Shown here piece by piece: positions 1 through 12,180 of a stretch of 64,000 nt of DNA. The DNA lies in NCBI RefSeq assembly GCF_006345805.1, contig NW_021836149.1, positions 124,001 through 188,000 of the forward strand. Direction: 5' to 3'. A program made the position numbers and the translations under genes. This DNA comes from Octopus sinensis (taxonomy: Eukaryota). Every line of letters starts with the position of its first letter. The first letter of the stretch is position 1. The notes beneath the pieces are model-generated. The model searched no databases and was not told the origin of the DNA. It saw only the letters and a list, made by a program, of their open reading frames with translations.

Positions 1-191
1 GTTCAGCATGCTATGTAGAGAGTTTCTTGGATTCAAAGAATTGTGTGGCCTATCTCTGAAAACACCTCTAATAGATTTGGCAAACAGACCACACAGTAAT
101 CCAATACAGAGAAGTGTAATGCAGAGTATCCAATCAATGAAAACCCTTGATGAGGAGTATATAAGCCATAAAATGTTAGATGGTATGAAAG
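1..191 (+). CDS. Candidate internal coding exon of an unidentified host gene (open from the window edge or from an acceptor at 6/7)
   Basis: Frame open from base 2 (FSMLCREFLGFKELCGLSLKTPLIDLANRPHS...LDGMK), non-repetitive sequence, donor AAAG|gtgaat at 191/192 (phase 1). Confidence 0.5.
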
Positions 192-247
192 GTGAATATA
201 TTTATTTCACCTCTTCACATCCTTAGGATTATGGCTGCTTCACAGCT

Positions 248-459
248 TTACTCTTTTACTCTTTTACTTGTTTCAGTTATTTGACTATGGCCATGCTGGA
301 GCACTGCCTTAAGTTGAGCAAATCGACCCCAGGGCTTATTCTTTGTAAGCCTAGTACTTATTCTATCATTCTCTTTTGTTGAACCGCTAAGTTAGAGGGA
401 TTTAAACACACCAACATCAGTTGTCAAGCGATGTTGGGGGGACAAATACAGACACACAA

Positions 460-509
<50 letters not shown>

Positions 510-668
510 TCAACGGGCTTCTTTCAGTTTCCATCTATCAAATCCATTCACAAGGCTTTTGTCGGCCCGAGGCTATAGTAGAAGACACTTGCCCAAGGTG
601 CCACGCAGTGGGACTGAACCCGGAACCATGTGGTTCGTAAGCAAGTTACTTACCACACAGCCACTCCT
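248..668 (-). mobile_element. tRNA-derived SINE, family A (internal CA/TA microsatellite, (GTAAAAGA)n-like tail)
   Basis: Reverse strand has A-box TGGCTGTGTGG and B-box GGTTCAGTCCC; near-identical to copies at 17810, 20598, 23405, 52715 and 62507. Confidence 0.85.
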
Positions 669-763
669 ACATAAAGTAATAATTTCAGTGTGGAGTAAAA
701 TTATGCTTGCATGTTTGCTCTGATATGCATGCTATGCATTAGCCAATACAATTATATATTCAG

Positions 764-903
764 AAACCAATGCAAATAAAGAAAGCTTGCTCATGAAATC
801 ACCAAAACATCATGTTTTCATCAAAGATTTAACTCTTAGAATATTGGGTATTCCAGCAACCCTGCTTAAGAATTTTATTCATCAGATCACTATAGAACTG
901 TAA
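764..903 (+). CDS. Candidate next (possibly terminal) coding exon of the same gene
   Basis: Acceptor tatatattcag| at 763 is phase-compatible with the 191 donor and gives ETNANKESLLMKSPKHHVFIKDLTLRILGIPATLLKNFIHQITIEL*, stop at 901-903. Possible internal donor TTGG|gtattc at 847/848. Confidence 0.45.
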
Positions 904-964
904 TATGATACTTAGTTTTTTTAATCCCACCCAGTAACTTGAAAAATATTTACGGAAAAATTCC

Positions 965-1152
965 TGTGCCAGTGGCACATAAAAGCACTCACTATACTCT
1001 CGGAGTAGATGGCATTAGGATGGGCATCCAGCCGTAGAAACTCTACCAGATCAGATTAGAGCCTGGTGCAGCCATCTGGTTCACCATTCCTCAGTCAAAT
1101 CGTCCAACCCATGCTAGCATGGAAAGTGGATGTTAAACGATGATGATGATGA
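965..1152 (+). mobile_element. Retroposon family E, 3' part ((GAT)n tail)
   Basis: GTGCCAGTGGCAC...GGCATTAGGATGGGCATCCAGCCGTAGAAAC...CCATGCTAGCATGG...(GAT)n; more than 10 copies in the window. Confidence 0.8.
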
Positions 1153-1159
1153 GAGAAAG

Positions 1160-1389
1160 TATTATTTCTTTATTGCCCACAAGGGGCTAAACACAGAGGG
1201 GACAAACAAGGACAGACAAACGGATTAAGTCAATTACATCGACCCCAGTGCGTAACTGGTACTTATTTAATTGACCCCGAAAGGATGAAAGGCAAAGTCG
1301 ACCTCAGCGCAATTTGAACTCAGAACGTAGCGGCAGACGAAATATGGCTACGAATTTCGCCCGGCGTGCTAACGTTTCTGCCAGCTCGG
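1160..1389 (-). mobile_element. SINE family B
   Basis: Reverse complement of GAGCTGGCAGAAACGTTAGCAC...GAGTTCAAATT...GTCGACTTTGCCTTTCATCCTTTCGGGGTC...GGGCAATAAAGAAATA, repeated many times in the window. Confidence 0.85.
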
Positions 1390-1859
1390 AGAGAAAGTAT
1401 GTAGAACCAAGCTTTTCAGTAGATGTGTTATTTAGGTCAAGATGGAAATGTCATTTCATCAATAATTCTAAATATAAGCTATAAGTAGAGGAAGACAGAT
1501 TGAGTTAATGAGAATTCTAAAGGAAAATAACCAATAAATTATTCACTAAGGAAGATATTCTATTTTTAAAAAAACTTATTTTTCATAAAAGTATGAATAT
1601 TTAAAAATTAAAATTAATTCGAATATGATTAAAATAAATGAATATGAAAAATATTAAAAATAAAATAATAAAAATAAAATTGAAAATAATCAAAAATTAA
1701 TTAAACAACCTAATTACAGGATTTAAAAAAATTAAATAACAATAACAAGAGCAATAATAATAATAATAACAACAACAATAATGATGACAACAACAACAAC
1801 AATAACAATCTTTCCAACTCCACCAGTCCCAAAGTTCCCACTTTCTCTTTTCTATGTAG

Positions 1860-2056
1860 CTCTTCTCCAGCAAGAAATCTATTCTGTTCTGGATCCTTCT
1901 TTCATACTTCAACTCCTCACCACCAAGCATAAAGCCACTGTTCTCTCCTGTGTAACCCCACTCAGTGATCTTAGTCTTGCAAGTTGCATGGCAACCCCAC
2001 TAGTGCTGGTGCCACAAAAAATCAGCCAGAACGCCCTGAAACTGTGCCAAAGCTGA
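1860..2056 (+). CDS. Weak candidate exon (alternative terminal exon or decayed coding sequence)
   Basis: Strong acceptor ctttctcttttctatgtag| at 1859; the phase-1 frame is open to TGA at 2054-2056 and compatible with the donor at 847. No recognisable homology. Confidence 0.2.
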
Positions 2057-4280
2057 TATTGTGTATGTAGATGGGTAAACAATTGTTGGCTGATACAAAC
2101 TCATAGATAAGGGGTAACTTCCAGAATGACACATTTCAGGAAAAGAAGAACTAGGTGAAATATTTATCTAACAAAGACATTAGAAGTAATAAAAGGAGAA
2201 TAATTCAGTGTTGTAAATAATTTTATATAGAACTAGCATAGAATTAAAAGTCTTAATGAGAAGATACCTTTTTTAAAAGAGACAAGAACATGATTTTTTG
2301 AAAAGTCTGATGTTTTCAAAAATTATCTACCTACTTTCTTTCTTATGGTAGTTAATCTATGATTTGTTATACATTTTGTATAGCTACACAATAAAATGAC
2401 ATTTGTATGTGGTGCCTTGAAATAACAAAGTCTAGTGTTAGTAAGTACAGAATATAATCTAAAGCATTGCAGATTTTGAGGCATCTCAGGAGAGTGATTA
2501 TGCCAATAATAAAAACATGCATACAATGGTTCTAGTTTGCCTCTTTTATTATTATTTGCCAATTAGTTAACATTTAACCAATTCACATTACTAATTGATT
2601 GTTTGATTTGTAACAATTCAATTGATCCCACGTTTTACCACACAGAAATGATAAATTGACCACGTGTGCAAACCCAATTGTTCTCCAATCAATGGTTGTT
2701 GTTCACATGATAGTTCGATGGCAAGACTAGAACCTCCCATGAACACAGCTTACAAATACATCTCAATTGAGTGCCAAAGCTCCAGAGTGATTGGGCTCCT
2801 AATGGTGTTCACTTGCCACACATAGCTATTTTCACAGCTACATATTCAACCTGGAATGATCAAAGATACACTGTGGCAACAAGAATATCTATTTATGTGT
2901 AAAAATTATCCCAAGTGTAGAATTTCTGATTAAGTCTTTCAGCACTTGTCATATACATTGTTTCATCTGAATATTCCTTTTCTTGTATTGCATGAACAAC
3001 TTCTATATTAATGTAACAATAAATCATTTTTGTAAACATTAGGCATCCTTCTGATCCTTGCAACAGAATAATCTTTAGTCAATCAAACTTGGTTTGTCAA
3101 AAATCAGTCAAGAGCAACCTGCAGCCAATAGGCCTCATGCAGCCTGTGAGACTTTCTGAATGACATTCCTAATGAAAAATTACCTTGAATTTCGTTAGTA
3201 GTGTGACCCACCTGATGATGAGCCATGTCTCATGTGGCCTTCTTCTTGTAAAAGTTTGCCCATGTCCTTTTGTTGCCAGCCACAACCTCATCAATGAGAA
3301 GCATTCTCTATTCCAGGTCTGCTTCAGGTCTGTCTATTTTTCAAGTTATAATAGAAATAATATAATCTAAATAAAATATATTAAATGCTAGATCTTTTCT
3401 GAGCCATAAAAAAAAAAAGAATTACATTAAAATTTGGAAAAGGATACAAATCATTGTGATCTAAAATCTTTGATAGCCCATTGGGCATATTTACATTTTA
3501 ATGCTTAATTGCAGAAACTAAAATGGTGTAAATACTTATTTTTAGCTGTGTACAAGACATTGACAGGATTAGGGTTTAGAGTATTTTTGCCTTATTTTTT
3601 AATATATACTTTACCAAGCTAGTATAGAGTTTTTGTTTTGTTTTTTTTGTTGCAGCAATTATTTTTTACAGTTGACTGGTTTTTGTAAGCACACAAGCAT
3701 GAAAAAAGAAGCTGAGCCTAATATCAATCAACCAAACTAAACAAAGGTTCATAAATATTTATGAAAATTTTCTTCAAGCTAAGCAAAACAGAAAAAACTA
3801 GACATACAATTGCTCAGAGTAATTGCAAATATAATTACTCTGTAATTACTAAACTGCTTGTGACATGACAATTTAGAATGGAAAACAAAACAAAAAGCAA
3901 TACAAAATACATTGCAAACCCAGGTAAATGAAGAAATAATTAGTAATATGATTATGATCCTTAGGAATATAGAAAACATGAAAAGCTACCCTGCATTAGG
4001 GGGTAATACTTGAAGGGAAAGAACAGTTAATAATATTAACATGTCATATGTTTGAATATGTGTCTACGTGACTGTTTCAGTTACTGGCTCTCCTTTCAAT
4101 AGAAAACAGGATTAGCTTGTCTATCTATTTATCTCATTTTCTCTCTTACTCCTCTTTCTCTCTCAATATATATGTATTGCACATGTGTCTGTGTGTGTGC
4201 ATGCATGCATGCGTGTGTGTGTGTGTCTGCATGTGTACATTGATATATAAATGTATATGAATATATATATGGACACACAC

Positions 4281-5505
4281 ACACACACACATATATATAT
4301 ATGAACATCAATGGAATCTGTATCTTTGTGGTACCAGTGCCGGTGGCACACACTTTGTGGTACCAGTGCCGGTGGCACACATGAGAACCATCCGAACGTG
4401 GCCGTAGCCAGTTCCGCATCGACCGGCCTCCGTGCTGTGGGCACGTAACAAACACCATCCGATCATGGCCGTTCGCCAGCCTCATCTGGCACCTGTGTCA
4501 GTGGCACATAAAAAACACCTTCCGAAGACCCGGCAAGACTAGTCAGTCCACCTGTGCATACCTTCCTTCCTTCTTGTGACACTTGTGAAGACCGGTTGAG
4601 GCAAGTGAAAATCAAATCAAAATAGACAAAATAGATGAACATCAATGGAATTTGTATCTTGTGGTACCAGTGCCTGTGGCACACAAGAAATCCATCAGTG
4701 CCGTAGTCAGTGCGGTGGGCACATGACAAACACCATCTGATCGTGGCCGTTCGCCAGCCTCATCTAGCACCTGTGTCGGTGGCACATAAAAACACCATCC
4801 GAAGACCCGGCAAGACTAGTCAGGCCATAACCCATGGCCCCTACCTGGGACGTAGTCAGTCCACCTGTGCATACCTTCCTTCTTGTGACACTTGTGAAGA
4901 CCTGTTGAGGCAAGTGAAAATCAAATCAAATCAAAACAAATCAAAATAGATGAACATCAATGGAATTTGTATCTTTGTGGTACCAGTGCCGGTGGCACGT
5001 GGCACATAAGAAAACCATCCGAACGTGGCCGTAGCCAGTACCGCATCGACTGGCCTCCGTGCTGTGGGCACGTAACAAGCACCATCCGATCGTGGCCGTT
5101 TGCCAGCCTCATCTGGCACCTGTGTCGGTGGCACATAAAAACACCATCCGAGCATGGCCATCTGCCAGCCTCGTCTGGCACCTGTGTCGGTGGCACATAA
5201 AAAACACCATCCGAGCGTGGCCGTCTGCCAGCCTCGTCTGGCACCTGTGTCGGTGGCACATAAAAAAACACCATCCGAGCGTGGCCGTTTGTCAGCCTCG
5301 TCTGGCACCTGTGTCGGTGGCACATAAAATCACCCACTACACTCTCGGAGTGGTTGGCGTTAGGAAGGGCATCCAGCTGTAGAAACACTGCCAGATCTGA
5401 CTGGACTGGTGCAGCTTTCGGGCTCCCCAGACCCCAGTTGAACCGTCCAACCCATGCTAGCATGGAAAGCGGACGTTAAATGATGATGATGATGATGATG
5501 ATGAT
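4281..5505 (+). mobile_element. Family E element with an expanded internal tandem array (three ~320-360 bp blocks plus ~55-60 bp hairpin units)
   Basis: TGAACATCAATGGAAT block recurs at ~4282, ~4636 and ~4951; GGCACCTGTGTCGGTGGCACATAAAAACACCATCCGAGC units are tandem at 5115-5330; ends in the family E 3' end and a (GAT)n tail. Confidence 0.8.
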
Positions 5506-5511
5506 ATATAT

Positions 5512-5700
5512 ATATAGTAATTAAGGGTTTAGCAACGATTTGCCTCAACACACACCGAATTTAGAAATAGCAGTCAAAATGTTTTGGCTATTCTTTCTAC
5601 TTAAAAGGGAGATCCCAGTAAAACCAAAGCACATGCCAAACTCTACTTGGTGAAATTAATGATTATTTCTAAATTAATTAATTTCACCCTTTATTATTGA
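5512..5700. repeat. Short interspersed segment bounded by (TA)n, containing a 12-bp inverted repeat
   Basis: Flanked by (TA)n on both sides; GGTGAAATTAAT (5649-5660) pairs with ATTAATTTCACC (5677-5688). Confidence 0.45.
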
Positions 5701-5734
5701 TATATATATATATATATATCATCATCAACATTAT

Positions 5735-6363
5735 CATCTTCATCATCATCATTTAACACCCCCTTTCCATGCTGACATGGGTTGGACAGTTTGACTGAAA
5801 ACTGGTAAACCAGGGGAGCTGCACCAGGTTCCAATCTGATTTGACAAGGCTTCTATGACTGGGTGCTCTTCCTAATGCCAACCACTCTAAGTGTGTAGTG
5901 GGTGCTTTTTACATGCCACCAACACAAGCGCCAATGACCTGACATCAGCATCAGCCATGACTACAATCTCACTTGTCTTGACAGGTCTACACAAGCACAG
6001 TATATCACCAAAAGCCCAATCTCCATGAGGCGCAATGATTGAAGGGTGCTTTCAGCAGGCCAATTATGCAACACTAGCATCAGCCACAACTACAATCTCA
6101 CATGGCTTGACATCACTGCCTCAATGAGGCCCAACGCTCAAATGGTGCTTTTTACATACCACTGGCATGGGTGTCAGTCACATGGCACTGGCATCAGCCA
6201 CAACTATGATTCCACTCAGTTCGACAGGTCTTCACAAGCACAGCATATTGCCCAACAATTGAAGAGTGCTTTTAGCCGGCCAGTTACATGACACTGACAT
6301 TGGGCATGACTACGATCTTACTTGGTTTGACGGGTCTTCTCAAGCACAGCATATCTCCAAAGG
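5735..6363 (-). mobile_element. Family E element with degenerate ~110-bp internal repeats, interrupted by a SINE-C
   Basis: (CAT)n tail plus the reverse family E core; CATCAGCCA..ACTACAATCTCAC units repeated at ~5945, 6075, 6190 and 6300. Confidence 0.7.
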
Positions 6364-6371
6364 TCTCAGTT

Positions 6372-6674
6372 GTGGAGGCACATGGCCTAGTGGTTAGAGT
6401 AGCGGACTCGCAGTTGAGGGATCACGGGTTCAAATCTGAGACCGGGCAAAGTGTGTGTTTATGAGTGAAACACTTAAGCTCCATGCGGCTCTGGCAGAAG
6501 GTAATGGCGAACTTCTGCTGACACTTTCGCCACAACTTTCTCTCACTCTTTCCTCCTGCATCTTGCAGCTCACCTGCGACGGACCGGCGTCCCATCCAGG
6601 TGGGGAACCTATATGCCAAGGAAACCAGGAAACCGGCCCTTATGAGCCAGGCGTGGCTTGAGAAGGAACAAAGC
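6372..6674 (+). mobile_element. tRNA-derived SINE family C with 8-bp TSD
   Basis: tRNA-like head TGGCCTAGTGGTTAGAG...GGGTTCAAATC; TSD TCTCAGTT at 6364-6371 and 6675-6682; homologous to 15583 and 51996. Confidence 0.9.
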
Positions 6675-7049
6675 TCTCAGTTGCTTGTTATTGCCTCTGT
6701 AAGGCCCAACATTTGAAGATGGTGTTTCATCACCTCATCCTATGTCTACCTCTTTCACACATTCCCTCCACCATTAGAGTGCAACACTTCTTCACACAGC
6801 TGTCCTCATCCATACATATCACATGACCATACTAAGGCAGTCATCTCTCTTGTACAACACACCTGATGCTTCTTATGTCCAACTTTTCTCTCAGGGTGCT
6901 AAGAGAGAGAGAGAAGGGGGCAGAGAGAAAGAGAGACAAAAAGACAGTGAGTGTGCATGTGTGTGTTCAAAAATATGTATAAACACTTCATTAATATATT
7001 ACTTAATTTTCATTTCTTCTAAAATTGTCAGTTTAGGAGGGAGTTTTAA

Positions 7050-7960
7050 ATAGATTCATCAATACAATTTGCCATTACGGAAATTAGAGATGAGTTTCAA
7101 GCTGATGGAGCTGTTCAAATGATCACAAGAAACTTTCCAGGAGACCACAGACATTGACCATACAAGCAAAGGTGGCAGAAGTGTATTGCTAGAGTTCAAG
7201 AAAATCTGTGCTGTAAGTGAGTCTTGTGATAGAAACTTCAAGATCAAGAAGTCACTGTGTTTTGAAGCATTGTAATTGGAAAAATTACATTCCAAGAATA
7301 GTTCATGCTCTGAATGAAGATGATCTGGACTAAAGCATGGAGTTTTGTAAATAGTACTTTTCAAAGATGTGTAAAAAATGCACTCTTTCCAGCAAAGAAT
7401 CTTTGGAACAATGAGGACACATTTAAATAAAATGACCCAATCAATTGACAAAATTGCACTTGCTTTGGGCCAAAGAATCTGCATATTAAAGAGGAAAATA
7501 TCATCTTGATTTATCAAGTGCTACAGTATGGTGCAACTTATGAAAAGCATTAATTTGACTCTTCTTAGTCGATGGTAGTATGATTGGTCCCATTTATTTG
7601 AACTAGCTGTGGAAATCTGTTATGCCAATGATTGAAGAGGACAATGAAGGCATGAAGTTTTATTTCAGCAAGTTGGAGCACCTGAATATAACTTTAGTAA
7701 TATAAGTTCTTACATTGATGAGATTCTTTCAAACAGGTAGATTGGATGAAGAATTTCTTTAGAATACTCTCCACATTCGCTGAATCTAACACCACAAGAC
7801 ATTTTTAAGGGAATACTTAAGAGATAAAGTTTATGGTGAGCAGGATGTTTTCCAGCTGGATAGCAGAATTTTGTTGACATACATACATCTTGTAAAAATT
7901 TCTAACATAGATTTTAGAAATTTGGAACAGTTTTTCAATTTAATAAGGATGTGTGTTCTT
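7050..7960 (+). pseudogene. Heavily decayed Tc1/mariner-superfamily transposase
   Basis: Frameshifted motifs FYF(Q)QVGAPE (cf. FQQDGAP), R*IG*R (cf. RWIGRR) and YSPHSLNLTPQDIF..YLRDKVY (cf. WPPRSPDLTPLDFFLWGYLKDKVY) at ~7640-7830; many stops. Confidence 0.7.
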
Positions 7961-8159
7961 TAAGCTGTACAGAGCTTGCACTTTTTTGATTACTTAATTG
8001 ATGGCCTAAATCTCTGTATGATAATCTACTTGATGATATATGGTATACTGCTTTCAAGCAGTATACTGGACCAACCTTCTAATTTCAAGGTCAGAAACCT
8101 TTGCAAAACTTCTTTTATCAAATCTTTTATGAAAATAGAAGATACCCTCCACATCAGAT

Positions 8160-8160
<1 letters not shown>

Positions 8161-8198
<38 letters not shown>
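8161..8198. repeat. (TG)n microsatellite
   Basis: Pure GT dinucleotide run. Confidence 0.95.
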
Positions 8199-8200
<2 letters not shown>

Positions 8201-8292
8201 TTTCTGAATGCCAAATAGTTTGAAAACTTAAAAACATCTAATCATTATACCGAAGTACCTGTATTTGGACAAAATATATAGTCTTGCTATAT

Positions 8293-8520
8293 AAGGGTGG
8301 CGAGCTGGCAGAATCGTTCACACGCTGGGGGAAATGAAAAGTGGTATTTCATCTGCCGTTATGTTCTGATTTCAAATTCCGCTAAGGTCGACTTTGCCTT
8401 TCATCCTTTCGGGGTCGATTAAATAAGTACCAATGTTATGCACTGGGGTCGACTTAATCACTTTGTCTGTCCTTGTTTGTCCCCTCTATGTTTAACCCTG
8501 TGTGGGCAATAAAGAAATCT
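8293..8520 (+). mobile_element. SINE family B with 17-bp TSD
   Basis: Family B sequence; ATATATAGTCTTGCTAT at 8274-8290 and 8521-8537. Confidence 0.9.
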
Positions 8521-8944
8521 ATATATAGTCTTGCTATGGAATAAAACGGGGAGTTACACTTCAAATTTTGGGCAAAATGACCTAGGCAGTGATGTATCAG
8601 CTCCTAATTCATTCACATTTGTTTCAAATATAAATATACTTCAGGATAAGGTATGGCTATGATTTCATACTGCAAGAAAAGAAAAAAATTTAAAAAATAG
8701 ATAAATATATGATTTAGCTTACCCACTTCTAAGCTAAGCTATTCAGCATTTTCTATATGATTATAGGACTGCAATCTCCGGAGTGTCCTGATAAGCGAAA
8801 ATTAGAGATATTTACCAATGAAGAAATTTATATTTCTGATAAGTATATCACTCTGTTCAAACATTTATATAGATATTCCTTATTCATTTTACTGTATTGC
8901 TGAATGTCTTATATATATAAGACCTTTTCGAATTTATTAGGAAA

Positions 8945-10840
8945 ATGAAATTCCGCAAATATAGCAACCAATTACAAAGAAATATGAAAGAAAAAATTAA
9001 GGAGATTAACAACTCGAATAAGATCTTCGTTAATTCTGATAAGACAAGGAACTTATATGCACTTGATAAGGACGTTTATAAACGCCTGATTTCGAATAGT
9101 GTCACAGACACATACAAAAAAGATAACACAAATATATACAAAGAAGTGAAGTTGGAAGCAAGAGGAATAGCTAACAAGCTTAAGGTTAGTGATAGGATTG
9201 AATATCTTTCCCCACGACCAGCTTTTATTACACTAAAAGACCATAAAGCCAATTTTAATAGAAACCCTAAATGTAGATTGATAAACCCAGCTAAAACTGA
9301 AATAGGCATTATTAGCAAAAATATTTTGGACCGTATTTTAACTAAGTTAGATAGTGAAGTAAACTTGAGAATTTGGAAGAATAGTAAGTCAGTCATAGAG
9401 TGGTTTAAAGGTATTAGCTATAAGAATAATTGCAGTTTTACACAATTCGATATTATTGATTTTTACCCGTCAATATCTAGGACGTTACTCCTAAGGGCAT
9501 TAGACTTCGCCAAGCAGTATGTCGACATCGATAGCTCGGAAATTGATATTATTATTAGGCATGCGAGGAAATCACTTCTTTTTTTCGAGGATTCCACCTG
9601 GATCAAGAAGAGTGAGGATTCTCTTTTGGATGTACCGATGGGGGCATACGACGGGGCTGAGTTATGTATGCTCGTAGGAGCCTGTATTCTTCATAATCTA
9701 AAAATAGAATTCCCATTTATAGATGCAGGTTTATATAGGGATGACGGCCTTATAGCCACCCATAATTTAAACGGCCATGAATCAGATAGACTTAGAAAGG
9801 ACTTTATTGCTTTCTTCCAAAGGATGGGCTTACGGGTTACAATAGACACTAACCTGAATAGTGTAGATTTTTTAGACGTAAATTTTAATGTAAGGTCGGA
9901 TAGATTTAAACCTTTCTGTAAGCCCAACGAAAAGCTATCGTACATTAGCAAAGATTCGAACCATCCGCCAGTTATCCTTAGGAACTTAGTCAGCAATGTA
10001 GGTAGAAGAATATCTTCAATTTCTTCGGACGAAGCAGCATTCCATAATGCTGCGCCTTATTACGATAGCGCATTAAGGAATAGTGGATTCTCGGAGAAGA
10101 TCCAGTACAACCAGCCTAATGCTGATAATAATACCGCGCGAAGAACTAGGAACAGGAAAGTTTTGTGGTTCAACCCGGCTTTCAATTTGGCCGTAAAGAC
10201 TAATATAGGTAAGGAATTTTTGAAATTAATCTCTAAGCATTTTAAGCAGGACCATACATTCTATAGGATATTTAATAGAAGAACCCTGAAGGTTAGCTAT
10301 TCTTGTTGTAGAAATTTCGCGTCTTACATTAGCCAGCATAATAGGAATCTGATTGAGATTAAACATGGTGCCGAGCCCATTAAGAAATGCAATTTCAAAA
10401 ATGAATCCTCCTGCCCGTTAGAAGGGAAATGTCTATTAAAAGGAGTAGTTTACAGAGCGAAGGTACAAATAGAAGGCTCATCGGAATACAAGACATATAC
10501 AGGGGCTTCAGAAAACTCGTTTAAAACGCGATTTTATTCTCATAAAAATTCATTTAGATACCCAGAAAATAGGAAGAGGACCAGCCTAGCAAAATATGTC
10601 TGGGAACTGAAAGAAAAGGAAACCCCACCTTTCAATGTGACATGGAACATTCTGGACAGAGCGGCACCATACAGGCATGGAGCACACAAAAATAATTTCA
10701 AATGCAACCTTTGCCTGTTAGAAAAATTCTACATCTTATTCAAAGACAATAATTCTTTGAATCAAAGAAGTGAGCTGATGAACTTATGCAGGCACGTAGC
10801 CAAATTTAAAATGTCAAGCATAAATATACCATATGGATAG
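8945..10840 (+). CDS. Penelope-like element polyprotein: reverse transcriptase + C-terminal GIY-YIG endonuclease (631 aa, uninterrupted)
   Basis: RT motifs KCRLINPAK, QFDIIDFYPSI, VPMGAYDGAE, YRDDG, VDFLDV; Cys/His linker (YSCC..SQHN..CNFKNESSCPLEGKC); GIY-YIG VVYRAKV..YTGASENSFKTRFYSH..CNLCLLEK..LNQRSELMNLCRH. Confidence 0.95.
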   Translation: MKFRKYSNQLQRNMKEKIKEINNSNKIFVNSDKTRNLYALDKDVYKRLISNSVTDTYKKDNTNIYKEVKLEARGIANKLKVSDRIEYLSPRPAFITLKDHKANFNRNPKCRLINPAKTEIGIISKNILDRILTKLDSEVNLRIWKNSKSVIEWFKGISYKNNCSFTQFDIIDFYPSISRTLLLRALDFAKQYVDIDSSEIDIIIRHARKSLLFFEDSTWIKKSEDSLLDVPMGAYDGAELCMLVGACILHNLKIEFPFIDAGLYRDDGLIATHNLNGHESDRLRKDFIAFFQRMGLRVTIDTNLNSVDFLDVNFNVRSDRFKPFCKPNEKLSYISKDSNHPPVILRNLVSNVGRRISSISSDEAAFHNAAPYYDSALRNSGFSEKIQYNQPNADNNTARRTRNRKVLWFNPAFNLAVKTNIGKEFLKLISKHFKQDHTFYRIFNRRTLKVSYSCCRNFASYISQHNRNLIEIKHGAEPIKKCNFKNESSCPLEGKCLLKGVVYRAKVQIEGSSEYKTYTGASENSFKTRFYSHKNSFRYPENRKRTSLAKYVWELKEKETPPFNVTWNILDRAAPYRHGAHKNNFKCNLCLLEKFYILFKDNNSLNQRSELMNLCRHVAKFKMSSINIPYG

Positions 10841-11963
10841 AGTATATATTTTGTATTTTTGATTTTGATTCTTGGACTAGTATGTAAATGCAACGATGGA
10901 TTTGTTTCGCGCTATGCAGATTCCATTCCGTATAGCAAAGCCTCATGCATATATTTTGTTTATATTTCTACATATTTATTAGGAAAAACCTTCGACTTTG
11001 TGTTATTATATTGTATAGGCTTACTTTGATTTTAAGTTATAGATGATCCGAAATAGGGGGATACATTTTACATATCTCTCATATAATTTTCATTATTACA
11101 CTCACCTTTTTTTAAAAGCAATGTTGTCAAAAATTAGAATTGTGTTGTAGGTGTGTGTATGGCCACGGGTATGTGTTCTTGAGAGTGCGTATGTGTGAGT
11201 GAGCGTATGTGTGAGTGTATGTGTGAATGAGCGTATGTTTGTGCTTGGACACACACAAACACGAGTGTATGTGTATGTATCCACTGGAACTTGCGTGTTT
11301 GTGCACTGGCATCTCTATATATGTGTCAATGTACGAGGTTGCACGGCTTGTATACATAGTCTTTCTTTTTTTCCTATTCCGTTTTTCTCCTCAACCCTCC
11401 TTTTTCTTTTTTCTTTTCTTTTTTTCCTCCCCCTTTTCCTTTTTCTCTCTCTTCATTTCTTTCGTTTTTTTCTCTAACTATACGATACATGTATAAAGTC
11501 AGCAGGCAGCTTCACGCTCCCCTCGCTCATTCATGCCCTAAGCTTCGTAAATACGGAAGATACTTAACCTACTATGATTTTAGCTTGCGTGCGAGCTAGA
11601 TTGCGTATACATATGTATACATGCACCTGCGTGTATATTTTAGCTTTATATTTATACGTCTGGATATGTATGGGGTTCGCACGCATCTATTCTGTGTATG
11701 TTGATATACATGTATACTTTAATATGAATATGTATTGCTGTGTTATATTTTTAATACATATTTTTAATGCATTTCAATTCCCATGTATTAATTATATTTC
11801 CATCATTAAGGTCAATATGTATTTTATTCAATGTAAGGTTTTTCCTCGAATTTTATAATTTTGTATATATTTTTTTATAAATTTTTCTATATTTTCTATA
11901 TTTTTTAATATATTTATTATATATTTTTTTATATATTTTATATTTTTTATATTTTTTATATTT

Positions 11964-11996
<33 letters not shown>

Positions 11997-12029
11997 TTTT
12001 GAACTCATCTATGTTTATCGCTCGAAAAT

Positions 12030-12133
12030 TGGCCGTTATTTCTAAAGGGCCAATCAAACAAGTCCATTTTTTAAAGGTGTATGGCCGTTATTTCTAAAGG
12101 GCCAATCGAACAAATCCATTTTTTAAAGGTGTA
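12030..12133. repeat. 52-bp tandem duplication in the PLE 3' region
   Basis: TGGCCGTTATTTCTAAAGGGCCAATC..TTTTTTAAAGGTGTA at 12030 and 12082, two mismatches. Confidence 0.9.
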
Positions 12134-12180
12134 GCGTTTGTAATAGTCTGAATAGAATTCACATATCGGTTCCATTCTAG

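Noticed and set aside
4300-5340. CRISPR array
   Set aside because: Eukaryotic context, the 'spacers' are homologous to one another, and there are no cas genes; this is a retroposon-internal tandem repeat.
6372-6450. Genuine tRNA genes (also at 15583, 36912, 51996)
   Set aside because: The tRNA-like heads lack a complete cloverleaf and continue into SINE bodies with TSDs.
7059-7517. 152-aa minus-strand ORF
   Set aside because: Antisense shadow of the decayed plus-strand Tc1/mariner transposase.
8540-8918. 5' pseudo-LTR or inverted pLTR of the PLE
   Set aside because: No direct or inverted similarity to the 3' region seen by eye; the element appears simply 5'-truncated.
8945-11100. Selenocysteine recoding (reported for some Naiad PLEs)
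   Set aside because: No in-frame TGA in the ORF and no convincing SECIS (AUGA..AA..GA) recognised downstream of the stop; only a generic hairpin at ~10901-10926.
11130-11520. Retained intron in the PLE 3' region (long pyrimidine tract at 11360-11476)
   Set aside because: No clear donor-acceptor pair adjacent to the tract; it may be ordinary low-complexity UTR or a nested repeat.
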